From a virus (lineage: Duplodnaviria > Caudoviricetes), in the IMG/VR virus record IMGVR_UViG_3300025769_000126, positions 1-58,368 of that record: 58,368 nucleotides of DNA; one strand, written 5' to 3'. Below the pieces are notes generated by a model, which was not told the origin of the DNA, did no database searches, and worked only from the letters and a program-made list of their open reading frames with translations. Positions 17,051 to 26,246 of the stretch are shown here, piece by piece. The stretch's first letter is position 1. The number at the start of each line of letters is the position of its first letter. The position numbers and the translations under genes are program-made.

Positions 17051-17584
17051 ATGACAATTAATGAAAAATTAACAGAAATTCAAACAAGGTTTAAATCTAA
17101 AAAATCAAGATTTAACTCTTTCGGCAAGTATTATTTCAGGAGTGCCGAAGACATTCTCGAAGCAACAAAACCCTTTTTAAAGGAGTTAGGAGTAACAGTT
17201 ATAATTAACGAAGAATTAATAGTAACAGATCCACCTATTTTTAAAACAACTGCATCTGTGAGCGATGGCAAGAATGCTATACATGCGACAGCTGTGGTTG
17301 GTGTCGATCTAGATCAAAAAGGTATGCAGATGCCACAAAAATTTGGATCAGCCTCTAGTTATGCTAAAAAATACGCGTTAGGTAATCTATTTCTAATAGA
17401 TGACACGCAAGACAGTGATGCTGCTAATACACACGGTAAAGACAAAAAAGAGACGATAACATCAACTAAAGATCCAGCATACGAAAAAGCAAAAAACTAT
17501 ATAAGGGAAGGCGGAACAGTAAGTGCAATAAAGAGTAAATATGCACTTAGCCCAGAGATTGAAAAGTCTCTGTCTACACTATAA
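17051..17584 (+). CDS. ERF-family single-strand annealing protein
   Basis: FGKYYFRSAEDIL, GSASSYAKKYAL and DDTQDSD. Confidence 0.88.
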   Translation: MTINEKLTEIQTRFKSKKSRFNSFGKYYFRSAEDILEATKPFLKELGVTVIINEELIVTDPPIFKTTASVSDGKNAIHATAVVGVDLDQKGMQMPQKFGSASSYAKKYALGNLFLIDDTQDSDAANTHGKDKKETITSTKDPAYEKAKNYIREGGTVSAIKSKYALSPEIEKSLSTL

Positions 17585-18316
17585 ATGAACAAAAAACAAA
17601 TTATAGACAAACTACGTGAAGATGAGCACTATTATGGACAGTTCGGTAAACAGTACTTAAGTAATAGTGACATCATAACGTTACTAACAAACCCTTTATG
17701 TTTTGGTAATCAAAGCAAACCGTCGCCAGCATTGTTGGTTGGTGGTTATTTTCACACGGCAATACTAGAACCTCACAAATTAAAGAGCTTCAAGATAATA
17801 CAGTCGTCAACTAGGAATACCAAAGTTTACAAAGAGATGTCAGGTGGCGAATTATGCCTGTTACAAAAAGAAGTTGATAATATAGAATTACTTACTGAAA
17901 AAGTATTATCTAATACTATATGTAAAGATCTTATACGTAATGGCGATACAATATACGAAGAACCTGGCATTAAGGAGATAAACGGTTATATGTGGAAAGG
18001 TAAAGCAGATATAATAAACAAAAGCGAGAAACTAATAATAGATCTTAAAACCACAAACGACATTAACTCGTTCAAATCTTCAGCTTGGAAGTACAACTAT
18101 GATAGCCAAGCTTACATTTACAGTCAAATATTTGGTTATGAGTTGATATTTATAGTTATAGATAAAAACACACACCAAATAGGAATATTTGATTGCTCAA
18201 CAGAGTTTATAGAACGCGGAATTGAAAAAGTACAGAAAGCCACAGAGGTTTATGAACTATTCTACGAAACAGAACACTTTGACAGAGATCAATATTTCAT
18301 CAACAAAACTCTCTAG
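17585..18316 (+). CDS. PD-(D/E)XK exonuclease (RecE/DUF3799-like)
   Basis: GGYFHTAILEP, KGKADI, IIDLKTT and YDSQAYIY. Confidence 0.85.
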   Translation: MNKKQIIDKLREDEHYYGQFGKQYLSNSDIITLLTNPLCFGNQSKPSPALLVGGYFHTAILEPHKLKSFKIIQSSTRNTKVYKEMSGGELCLLQKEVDNIELLTEKVLSNTICKDLIRNGDTIYEEPGIKEINGYMWKGKADIINKSEKLIIDLKTTNDINSFKSSAWKYNYDSQAYIYSQIFGYELIFIVIDKNTHQIGIFDCSTEFIERGIEKVQKATEVYELFYETEHFDRDQYFINKTL

Positions 18317-18321
18317 GTTTA

Positions 18322-18348
18322 CAAACTAAATACGATTAACCTAGGATA
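18322..18348 (+). promoter_or_regulatory. Class A motif, copy 9
   Basis: CAAACTAAATACGATTAACCTAGGATA. Confidence 0.75.
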
Positions 18349-18368
18349 ATAATAAAACAAAAAATAAT

Positions 18369-18545
18369 ATGAGAAAAACCAAAAGAAGAGGAGTAAAAGT
18401 TTGCACAGTAACCGGAATGAAAACCAAATTAGACAACTTTTACCCAAAACAAACGCACGTAAAAGCTGTTGACAATTTAAGGAGAAACACCGGAGCAACT
18501 AAAAACCAATTAATTAGAATGTTTAAACAGTTAAGTACTTATTAA
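18369..18545 (+). CDS. Small basic hypothetical protein (58 aa)
   Basis: Read manually: MRKTKRRGVKVCTVTGMKTKLDNFYPKQTHVKAVDNLRR... Confidence 0.7.
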   Translation: MRKTKRRGVKVCTVTGMKTKLDNFYPKQTHVKAVDNLRRNTGATKNQLIRMFKQLSTY

Positions 18546-18548
18546 AAA

Positions 18549-18872
18549 ATGGCAAGTATAATAGCAACAAGTATCGATCTTAGTAAGATTACTAAAGACA
18601 AAATTATTAACGGAAAAAAAGGTAAGTATTTACCTATTACTATCACGTTAAACGATGAACTAGATCAGTTTGGCAATCAAGGTCCAGTAGTTATTCAGCA
18701 GACAAAAGAAGAACGCGAAGCTAAAGTAGGCAAAACTTACTTAGGCAATGCGAAGGTTGTTTGGTCTAATGGAGTAAACGTTGAACCAGCCCCTAGAGAC
18801 GGGCAACAACAGAGATCACAACCGATGACTGTTAACACCACAGTTGTTGATGCTAACGATCTTCCATTTTAA
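18549..18872 (+). CDS. Single-stranded DNA-binding protein (putative)
   Basis: Beta-rich N-terminus, flexible linker, C-terminal NDLPF; lies between the exonuclease and the primase. Confidence 0.75.
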   Translation: MASIIATSIDLSKITKDKIINGKKGKYLPITITLNDELDQFGNQGPVVIQQTKEEREAKVGKTYLGNAKVVWSNGVNVEPAPRDGQQQRSQPMTVNTTVVDANDLPF

Positions 18873-18873
18873 T

Positions 18874-18966
18874 ATGGAACAATGTGAAATGTGTGGACAA
18901 GATATGTCACAGGAGGAATATGACTTCTGTGACATATGTCCAGATTGTAGAGACGGCCAACACTAA
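18874..18966 (+). CDS. 30-aa zinc-ribbon microprotein
   Basis: Read manually: MEQCEMCGQDMSQEEYDFCDICPDCRDGQH. Confidence 0.65.
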   Translation: MEQCEMCGQDMSQEEYDFCDICPDCRDGQH

Positions 18967-18978
18967 TTAAAAACTAAA

Positions 18979-20712
18979 ATGCAAACAACCGAGATAAATG
19001 GATTCACGATTGACCGGTTCAATCAATATGGCTTAAAAGAAGGGGCAAGTCAAGGTATATGTCCTCTTTGCTCACATAATAGAAAACCAAAAAACCAAAA
19101 AGCAAAATGTTCGTCTTATGATTGGGACAGAGGAATAGGTACTTGTCATAACTGTAACACATCGTTTCAATTACACACATACCAAAGAAAGGGTGCTAGT
19201 GAACGAAAGTATGTTAGACCAGAAACAAAACTAATGATGCAGGGTTTAACTCTGAGGAGTAAAGATACACCAACAACAGATAAAGTTTCGGAATGGTTCG
19301 AGTCTAGAGGAATATCTCAAAAGACATTAAACGAACTACACGTTGGTCAAGGTGCTGAATATATGCCTCAAACTGGTAAAGTAGAAAACACCATACAATT
19401 TAACTATATGATGGGTGATCAACTTATCAATGTTAAATACAGAGATGGTCGTAAAAACTTTAAGTTATACAAGGGTGCTGAAAAAGTATTTTACAATATA
19501 AATAGCATAATAGGTTATGATAGCTGTATTATAACCGAAGGCGAGATGGATGTGTTAGCACTTCATGAAGCTGGTGTTAAGAATGTAATATCGGTACCAA
19601 ACGGTGCAACATTAAATAACAACAATTTAGATTACTTAGACAACTGTATAGATTACTTCGAAGATAAAGAAAGAATACTGTTAGCGGTTGATAAAGACGA
19701 ACCGGGTCAAATGCTACAACAAGAGCTTGTCCGTAGGTTAGGTGCTGAGATCTGTTTCATAGTTGACTTTGATGATTGTAAAGATGCTAATGAGTATTTA
19801 ATTAAATACGGTGCGGAAAGCTTATCAGAATCAATAGCAAAAGCTAGACCATATCCACTAGAAAACGTAACAACGTTCAAAGATATTGAGAACGATATAA
19901 CAGACTTTGTTAAGAATGGCTTTAAGCCAGGTTTTCAAGTTGGTCTATCTAATTTTGATGATATATTTTCAACATACACTAAACAGTTTATAACAGTAAC
20001 GGGTATTCCTAGCTCTGGCAAGTCAGACTTTGTTGATCAAATGGTTGTTGGTTATAACCAAAACTATGGTTGGAAAACAGCGTTTGCCTCACCGGAGAAT
20101 CAACCAACGTATTTGCACGCACATAAACTAATGCGTAAAGTATGGGGTGATATGCCAAATGTGGGTGATATAGGTGGTGCAAAATGGAACGAAGTAGCTG
20201 AACACGTTAACGATCATTTTTTCTTCATAGATATGGATAAATATGATTTAGACTCAGTGTTACGTAAAGGTGCAGAATTAGTTAAGCGTAAAGGTATCAA
20301 ATGCTTAGTAATTGATCCATACAACAAAGTGCGAGATATAAATGCTAAGACTGACGATGTAAATCGTTACACGATGGATTACTTAATGAAGATAGAGATG
20401 TTTGCAAAAAAGTATGACTGCTTAGTTTTTATAGTAGCGCATCCAACTAAGATGTATAAAGGTAGTGATGGTAAAATTGAAGAACCAACTATGTATAACA
20501 TTAAAGGTGGTGGTGAATGGTACGACGCTAGTTATCACGGGTTACTGGTACACAGGGATTATGAAGCTGGTACAACTAAAGTTAAAGTTCTTAAGGTTAA
20601 GTTTCAAAACCTTGGAGAGAACGGTGCTGAGGCTTTGTTTACTTGGGATCCAGCCTCTGGAAGGTTTATACCTGAAATATCTATAAAATCTAATGACTTG
20701 CCGTGGGAATAA
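18979..20712 (+). CDS. Primase-helicase (T7 gp4/Twinkle-like)
   Basis: Zn finger CPLC...CHNC; TOPRIM ITEGEMD and DKD; Walker A GIPSSGKS; VIDP and VAHP. Confidence 0.95.
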   Translation: MQTTEINGFTIDRFNQYGLKEGASQGICPLCSHNRKPKNQKAKCSSYDWDRGIGTCHNCNTSFQLHTYQRKGASERKYVRPETKLMMQGLTLRSKDTPTTDKVSEWFESRGISQKTLNELHVGQGAEYMPQTGKVENTIQFNYMMGDQLINVKYRDGRKNFKLYKGAEKVFYNINSIIGYDSCIITEGEMDVLALHEAGVKNVISVPNGATLNNNNLDYLDNCIDYFEDKERILLAVDKDEPGQMLQQELVRRLGAEICFIVDFDDCKDANEYLIKYGAESLSESIAKARPYPLENVTTFKDIENDITDFVKNGFKPGFQVGLSNFDDIFSTYTKQFITVTGIPSSGKSDFVDQMVVGYNQNYGWKTAFASPENQPTYLHAHKLMRKVWGDMPNVGDIGGAKWNEVAEHVNDHFFFIDMDKYDLDSVLRKGAELVKRKGIKCLVIDPYNKVRDINAKTDDVNRYTMDYLMKIEMFAKKYDCLVFIVAHPTKMYKGSDGKIEEPTMYNIKGGGEWYDASYHGLLVHRDYEAGTTKVKVLKVKFQNLGENGAEALFTWDPASGRFIPEISIKSNDLPWE

Positions 20713-20975
20713 AAAAAGTACCAGAAGGCTATGCTATGACTGAGTATGAGATGGAAGCAAATAAATGGTGTGTTAACAATAATATTACCATAACAGTAAG
20801 ACAAGTTACTTGGAGGGAAAAGAAATACTATGTTGATATAGAAACAGGTAGGTTCCCTAATAGAAAGCTTATTGCAACGTCTCCAGAGAAATATAATTAC
20901 AAAACTGCACAAAAAAAGGCAGCAGAATACAGAGTTTATTACTATAATAAAAGAGAAATAAAAGATGAGGACTAA
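20703..20975 (+). CDS. Hypothetical protein
   Basis: ORF track; overlaps both neighbours. Confidence 0.7.
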   Translation: MGIKKVPEGYAMTEYEMEANKWCVNNNITITVRQVTWREKKYYVDIETGRFPNRKLIATSPEKYNYKTAQKKAAEYRVYYYNKREIKDED

Positions 20976-21606
20976 ATTTGAGAATGCTAACGAAGCATAT
21001 GAATACTTTTACGATAAGATATTAGTTGAAGGTATTGAGTTTGATAACACGAGAGCGCTATTTAATGTTGGCTTTTATATTACTAATCCAGGCATGAAGT
21101 CTATAACAAATATAGAACGTAAATGGAAATTACACTACGCTTATGCTGAATGGCAATGGTACTTATCTGGCGATCCTAATATAAGCAAGTTAGGATATAT
21201 ATACGGTAAAGTCCCTAAAATATGGAAACGTATGGCTGACAAGTATGGTGATGTTAATTCTAACTATGGGTACCAATGGCTAAGAGGTGATCAACTTGAA
21301 AAAGTAATTAATCTTTTAAAAGAAAATCCAAAAACAAGACAGGCTGCGATAAGTATATATGATGGCAAAGAAATAGACAAATATGATAACGACACGCCAT
21401 GTACTTATGCGATACAATTTACGATAATAAACAATGAGCTGTGTATGTCTGTCTATATGCGATCTAATGACCTCTGGTATGGTTTCTGCAATGACCAATA
21501 CCAATTTGCATCATTGCAGCAGTTAGTTGCAGACGAACTGTCTATGGACACCGGGTGGTACTACCACCACGCACATAATTTACACTTATATAATGATAAG
21601 ATTTGA
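20965..21606 (+). CDS. Thymidylate-synthase-fold enzyme, probably dCMP hydroxymethylase/methylase (T4 gp42-like)
   Basis: PKIW, VNSNYG, PCT, MRSNDLWYGFCND (Asp at the base-specificity position) and NLHLY. Confidence 0.8.
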   Translation: MRTKFENANEAYEYFYDKILVEGIEFDNTRALFNVGFYITNPGMKSITNIERKWKLHYAYAEWQWYLSGDPNISKLGYIYGKVPKIWKRMADKYGDVNSNYGYQWLRGDQLEKVINLLKENPKTRQAAISIYDGKEIDKYDNDTPCTYAIQFTIINNELCMSVYMRSNDLWYGFCNDQYQFASLQQLVADELSMDTGWYYHHAHNLHLYNDKI

Positions 21607-22400
21607 AATATAAAATATACCACATTTTTAATAAAAAGATCGGAGTAACACGTGATCTTTATAAGAGAGTTACGGAGCAACAAGGTTATGCTCCAGGAGA
21701 ATATGAAGTTCTACTCGAGTCAGATGATATAGATTTAGTATCAGACTTAGAGTTAGAACTTCAACAGTCTTATGGCTATAATGTTGATAGTAAACCATAT
21801 AACCAATTGTACAAAAACCAAAAACCAAATAATAATAATAATAATATGAAAATAAACGCAACAGAACAAACATCAACCTTTCCATGTCCAGTTAACAAGT
21901 TAAAAGGTAGGCTTATGGATAATAAAGGTTTGACTTGGGAAACAGACCACGGTGAATTTGAGATTAACAGTGAAACAATACCTTGGATAGTAGCTAACGC
22001 CAAGACATCTATGTATAACCCAAATAGATGTTATATCTACAACAAAGCTTATAACTATGTTTTCTTAACAGAAGATACTTATCCACAAGCCTACAGTCCA
22101 TCAAACCACAGTATAATATTTGAGCGTATAAGAAATTGGGCTCAAGAACGAGGGCTTTATGACTCTGGTGATTTAAAGACACAGTATGTCAAGTTAATAG
22201 AAGAAAGTGGTGAATTAGCTAGAGCTATATTAAAACACGACGATGATGAGTTTGTAGATGCTATAGGTGATATGGTTGTAGTATTAACCAATTTAGCACA
22301 TCTAGGTGGTACAACAATAGAACGTTGTATTGACTCTGCATACAACACTATAGCAAACAGAACTGGTAGCATGATAAACGGAACATTTGTTAAGGATTAA
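21603..22400 (+). CDS. Multidomain protein with C-terminal MazG-like NTP pyrophosphatase
   Basis: KLIEESGEL...DAIGDMVVVL; N-terminal KIGVTRDLYKR is GIY-YIG-like. Confidence 0.8.
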   Translation: MKYKIYHIFNKKIGVTRDLYKRVTEQQGYAPGEYEVLLESDDIDLVSDLELELQQSYGYNVDSKPYNQLYKNQKPNNNNNNMKINATEQTSTFPCPVNKLKGRLMDNKGLTWETDHGEFEINSETIPWIVANAKTSMYNPNRCYIYNKAYNYVFLTEDTYPQAYSPSNHSIIFERIRNWAQERGLYDSGDLKTQYVKLIEESGELARAILKHDDDEFVDAIGDMVVVLTNLAHLGGTTIERCIDSAYNTIANRTGSMINGTFVKD

Positions 22401-22615
22401 TGGCTATACGAGATCCAAAAAGTACTCACTACGAGTTATATAAAGGTACACAAGCTATCGACGTTATTGAGGCTGCTTTAACTAAAGATGAATTTATAGG
22501 TTTTTTGAAAGGCAACGCTTTGAAATATCAGCTACGTCTTGGTAAAAAAGATAATATGAGTAGAGAGTTTGAGAAAATAGAGTTTTACACTAAAGAAATA
22601 GAAAGATTAACATGA
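22400..22615 (+). CDS. DUF3310-like protein
   Basis: THY...QAIDVI...GFLKGNALKYQLRLGKK. Confidence 0.8.
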   Translation: MAIRDPKSTHYELYKGTQAIDVIEAALTKDEFIGFLKGNALKYQLRLGKKDNMSREFEKIEFYTKEIERLT

Positions 22616-22869
22616 GAAATTACGTAACAAGAACACGAGATCAAATAGTGCTAGATGTTATTGAGAAAATAGATAACAGAAGCGTTATGGGTAACGACAA
22701 ATATGGCGGAACCATGATGAAAGAGATAGAAAATGGTGAAAAAGATTTAAAAGACTTCATCATCGATGTACAAGAAGAATTAATGGATGCTTTATTATAC
22801 CTTGAATCTGCAAAACATTGTCTAAACGATGCTATACAAGATGCTGCACTACGAATGGTTGCCGAGTAA
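22612..22869 (+). CDS. All-alpha NTP-pyrophosphatase-like small protein
   Basis: RSVMGNDKYGGT...QEELMDALLYLE. Confidence 0.6.
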   Translation: MRNYVTRTRDQIVLDVIEKIDNRSVMGNDKYGGTMMKEIENGEKDLKDFIIDVQEELMDALLYLESAKHCLNDAIQDAALRMVAE

Positions 22870-23324
22870 TGAAGAATCGATCAAGAAAAAAAAGAGGCCC
22901 TGTCAGAAGTAACAAAGTTACCTATGACGGGGTGACTTTTGCCTCTGGTTTAGAAAAATATATGTATCGAGCGCTTAAAAAAGCTAAGATAAAATTTGAA
23001 TATGAGCCAAGAACATACCAACTGTTAGAGTCATTTGAGTTTAGTAGTTGCGCTATAGAAAGACAAGCTAATGGTAAGGGTGACTTTAAAGACCGAGGAA
23101 ACAAAAAAATACTTGGCATTAAATACACACCAGATTTTGAAGGCGTTGGTTGGACATGTGAAACAAAAGGTAGAGCAAATGATAGCTTCCCTATTAGATA
23201 CAAGTTATTTAAACATTGGGTTCAGAATAATGATCCTGGTAGGTTGCTTCTAAAGCCACAGTGTCAACGCGAGTGTGACGTAGCAATTGAATTAATACTA
23301 CAATTAAAGAATGAAAAGGAATAA
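22869..23324 (+). CDS. PD-(D/E)XK endonuclease (T7 endonuclease I/DUF1064-like)
   Basis: FASGLE, FEYEP, YTPDF and ETKG; start ATG 22869. Confidence 0.8.
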   Translation: MKNRSRKKRGPVRSNKVTYDGVTFASGLEKYMYRALKKAKIKFEYEPRTYQLLESFEFSSCAIERQANGKGDFKDRGNKKILGIKYTPDFEGVGWTCETKGRANDSFPIRYKLFKHWVQNNDPGRLLLKPQCQRECDVAIELILQLKNEKE

Positions 23325-23472
23325 TAAGATCGTAACCGCACAACAAAAAAGACTAGCACGAATAAAATATGGTGAACGTCAAGTTGACAAATGGATAAAA
23401 TGGAGATTGCAGCGATTTGGCTGTGTAAAGTATAAAGATTTAATAAAACAACAAGAAAAAAACGGAATATGA
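23311..23472 (+). CDS. Small basic hypothetical protein (53 aa)
   Basis: Read manually; ATGA overlap with the next gene. Confidence 0.6.
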   Translation: MKRNNKIVTAQQKRLARIKYGERQVDKWIKWRLQRFGCVKYKDLIKQQEKNGI

Positions 23473-23651
23473 GAACAGACTGGAGTTTAAGTATCGGGCT
23501 ATATCCTGGTATGTTGTTCGGATTTAGAACATACGAACACGAAAGTGAAACCTTTAATAAGGTAACACATGTATTTTATTTGCCATTTGTAGATTTGGCT
23601 TTAGAAATAATGAGAATAAATAACGAAGAAGAAAACAATGACGAAGGATAA
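23469..23651 (+). CDS. Hypothetical protein
   Basis: ORF track. Confidence 0.7.
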   Translation: MRTDWSLSIGLYPGMLFGFRTYEHESETFNKVTHVFYLPFVDLALEIMRINNEEENNDEG

Positions 23652-25509
23652 AAAGTTGTTAAGTGATATAACTGTGCACAATAAGTATGCGCGTTATTTA
23701 AAAGATGAAAACCGTAGAGAGACATGGTTAGAGCTAGTTACCAGGAACAAGGATATGCACATAAAAAAATATCCAAACTTAAAAGATAACATTGAGGAAC
23801 TATATGTTAAATACGTAATACCTAAGAAAGTATTACCTTCGATGAGATCGTTACAGTTTGGTGGTAAAGCAATAGAGCTAAATAACTCTAGAATATACAA
23901 TTGTGCATTTATGCCTGTTGATAGTATACACTCTTTTAGTGAAGCTATGTTTTTATTATTAGGTGGAACAGGTGTTGGCTATTCTGTGCAAAATCACAAT
24001 ATAGAAAAACTACCTGAGATACGTAAACCTAACTACAATAGACACAAGAGATACATAGTACAGGATAGCATAATGGGTTGGGCTGACGCTATTAAAACGT
24101 TATTTAAGTCCTACACCGGAAAGCTAACATCGCATATAACATTTGATCTATCTGATATTAGAGAAAAAGGTGCTGCGTTAGTAACAGCTGGAGGTAAAGC
24201 TCCTGGACCTGAGCCACTTAGGTTGTGCTTAGTTCAAATTGAAGCCATACTTAGACAGAAAAAAGATCGACATCAATTAACAGATATAGAGTGCCACGAT
24301 ATAATGTGTCATATAGCTGATGCTGTTTTAGCTGGTGGTATAAGAAGAGCAGCTATGATCTCGTTGTTTGATTTAAACTCAGAAGCAATGCTTAGCGCTA
24401 AGGTTGGAGCTTGGTGGGAAACAAACCCACAGAGAGGTCGAGCTAATAATTCAGTATCATTATTAAGACACAAGATCGATAAAGAGACCTTCTTTAATCT
24501 AATGGAAAGAGTAGAAGCATCTGGATCTGGTGAACCTGGTATATACTTAACCAACGATAAAACCTGGGGTACAAATCCATGTTGCGAAATAGCTTTAAGA
24601 CCATATCAGTTTTGTAATTTGACTGAGATTAACATGTCTACAATTAAAGATCAAGAGGACTTTGATAACTGTAGTTCTGCTGCGGCATTCTTAGGAACGT
24701 TACAAGCTGGTTATACAGACTTTCATTATCTAAGGGATATATGGCAAAGGACTACAGAAAAAGATGCGTTAATCGGCGTATCTATGACGGGTATAGCTGA
24801 TAAAAATGTTTTAGGTTTAAGCTTCAACAAAGCCGCAGAGACTGTTAAGAGCACAAATGCTTTTTATGCTAATAAAATAAATATAAACCAAGCGGCAAGG
24901 GCTACTTGTGTTAAACCAGCTGGAACAACTAGTTTAGTTTTAGGTACTAGTAGTGGGATTCATGCTTGGCATAGTGAATACTATATTAGAAGAATGCGTA
25001 TAGGTAAAAATGAAGCTATATATAAATACTTAAACGCTGTGTTACCAAAAGGGTTTTTAGAAGACGAGTTCTTTAGTCCAACAACAACAGCAGTTTTATC
25101 TATTCCACAAAAAGCACCAGATGGAGCTATAACTAGAAAAGAGTCTGCATTAGATTTGCTTGAAAGAGTTAAACAAATATCTAAAGATTGGGTTCAACCA
25201 GGCACAGTTGATGGTGCTAATACACACAATGTGTCTTGCACTGTTACAGTTAAACCTAGTGAATGGAAAGAAATTAGTAGCTGGATGTGGGAGAACAAAA
25301 AATACTATAATGGTCTATCTGTATTACCAGAAGATGGTGGAACATATAAGCAGACACCGTTTGAAGACTGTTCTAAGGAAACATATGAGAGAATGATGAA
25401 CGATTTATTAAGCGTTAATCTTGACATGTCATTAGTTTCAGAGGATTTTGATGCGACGTCGTTCTCAGAAATACTTGCTTGTGCTGGTGGTGCTTGCGAA
25501 ATCAAATAA
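23638..25509 (+). CDS. nrdJ: Class II (adenosylcobalamin-dependent) ribonucleotide reductase
   Basis: YNCAF, GTGVG, RRAAMI, TNPCCEI, KPAGT and C-terminal CAGGAC; no beta subunit gene seen. Confidence 0.9.
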   Translation: MTKDKKLLSDITVHNKYARYLKDENRRETWLELVTRNKDMHIKKYPNLKDNIEELYVKYVIPKKVLPSMRSLQFGGKAIELNNSRIYNCAFMPVDSIHSFSEAMFLLLGGTGVGYSVQNHNIEKLPEIRKPNYNRHKRYIVQDSIMGWADAIKTLFKSYTGKLTSHITFDLSDIREKGAALVTAGGKAPGPEPLRLCLVQIEAILRQKKDRHQLTDIECHDIMCHIADAVLAGGIRRAAMISLFDLNSEAMLSAKVGAWWETNPQRGRANNSVSLLRHKIDKETFFNLMERVEASGSGEPGIYLTNDKTWGTNPCCEIALRPYQFCNLTEINMSTIKDQEDFDNCSSAAAFLGTLQAGYTDFHYLRDIWQRTTEKDALIGVSMTGIADKNVLGLSFNKAAETVKSTNAFYANKININQAARATCVKPAGTTSLVLGTSSGIHAWHSEYYIRRMRIGKNEAIYKYLNAVLPKGFLEDEFFSPTTTAVLSIPQKAPDGAITRKESALDLLERVKQISKDWVQPGTVDGANTHNVSCTVTVKPSEWKEISSWMWENKKYYNGLSVLPEDGGTYKQTPFEDCSKETYERMMNDLLSVNLDMSLVSEDFDATSFSEILACAGGACEIK

Positions 25510-25530
25510 CTATTTAATTTAAAACTATAC

Positions 25531-25561
25531 ATGAGCCATAAATACAACTTTTATGGCTCAT
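25531..25561. terminator. Hairpin between converging transcription arms
   Basis: ATGAGCCATAAA-N7-TTTATGGCTCAT, a perfect 12-bp stem. Confidence 0.6.
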
Positions 25562-25574
25562 TTAACCAACAAAA

Positions 25575-25852
25575 ATGATCTATTAAATACTACTTTTTTA
25601 GAGATACAGATAACGAAAGCAACCTTTTGGATGGGAAAACTTACCACGCAGCAGGTTATGTTGAAAAACTATATTGCGAAATAGGAAAGCCGAACAGGAG
25701 TGGGAAAGACCTTGCAGTAATTTTTTTTTGAACCATTTGAAGGAACAATAACAAGTGCTTGGAGAGCATTGGATGAAGTTGAACTATTTGAGGTTGCTGA
25801 ATGGGAATACAAACAACTGATTGAAAAGTTTGATATGTTCTTTGATTATTAG
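25575..25852 (+). pseudogene. Probable frameshifted gene remnant
   Basis: KYYFFRDTD...DLAVIFF frame stops at the T9 run (25721-29); an adjacent frame continues FEPFEG...MFFDY*. Confidence 0.4.
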
Positions 25853-25871
25853 CAACTGTTATGCTTTCGTT

Positions 25872-26246
25872 TTAATGCAGCAACCCAAACAACAAAGCAA
25901 TAATAACCCCTCCTAACGCAATCTTACGTGTTCTAAGCAACTTTCTATTTTTCTGTATTGTTTCATCTTTATAGTAAATTAGAGAGTCGTTTAGAATGCT
26001 TGAGATATTCTCCCAGTTCTTTATTTCCATTTTATATGTTAGCATCTTCTTGTCTTGTAAACCAATGACAGCACCTTGTTCGCTCCTAGTGTTAAGTAAA
26101 TCAACAATCATTATGTTGTCTAACCTATATTGGTCAACTGTTGTACACACACTATCTCTCTTGAGCGTATCTTGTGCGCAAGCTATCCCTGATAATAAGC
26201 TGAACGCTGTCGTTACTAAGATAAATATACTTAATCTCTTTTTCAT
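25872..26246 (-). CDS. Spanin-like envelope protein
   Basis: Signal peptide (...SGIACAQ), coiled coil and C-terminal TM; overlaps the upstream gene. Confidence 0.55.
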   Translation of the reverse strand: MKKRLSIFILVTTAFSLLSGIACAQDTLKRDSVCTTVDQYRLDNIMIVDLLNTRSEQGAVIGLQDKKMLTYKMEIKNWENISSILNDSLIYYKDETIQKNRKLLRTRKIALGGVIIALLFGLLH

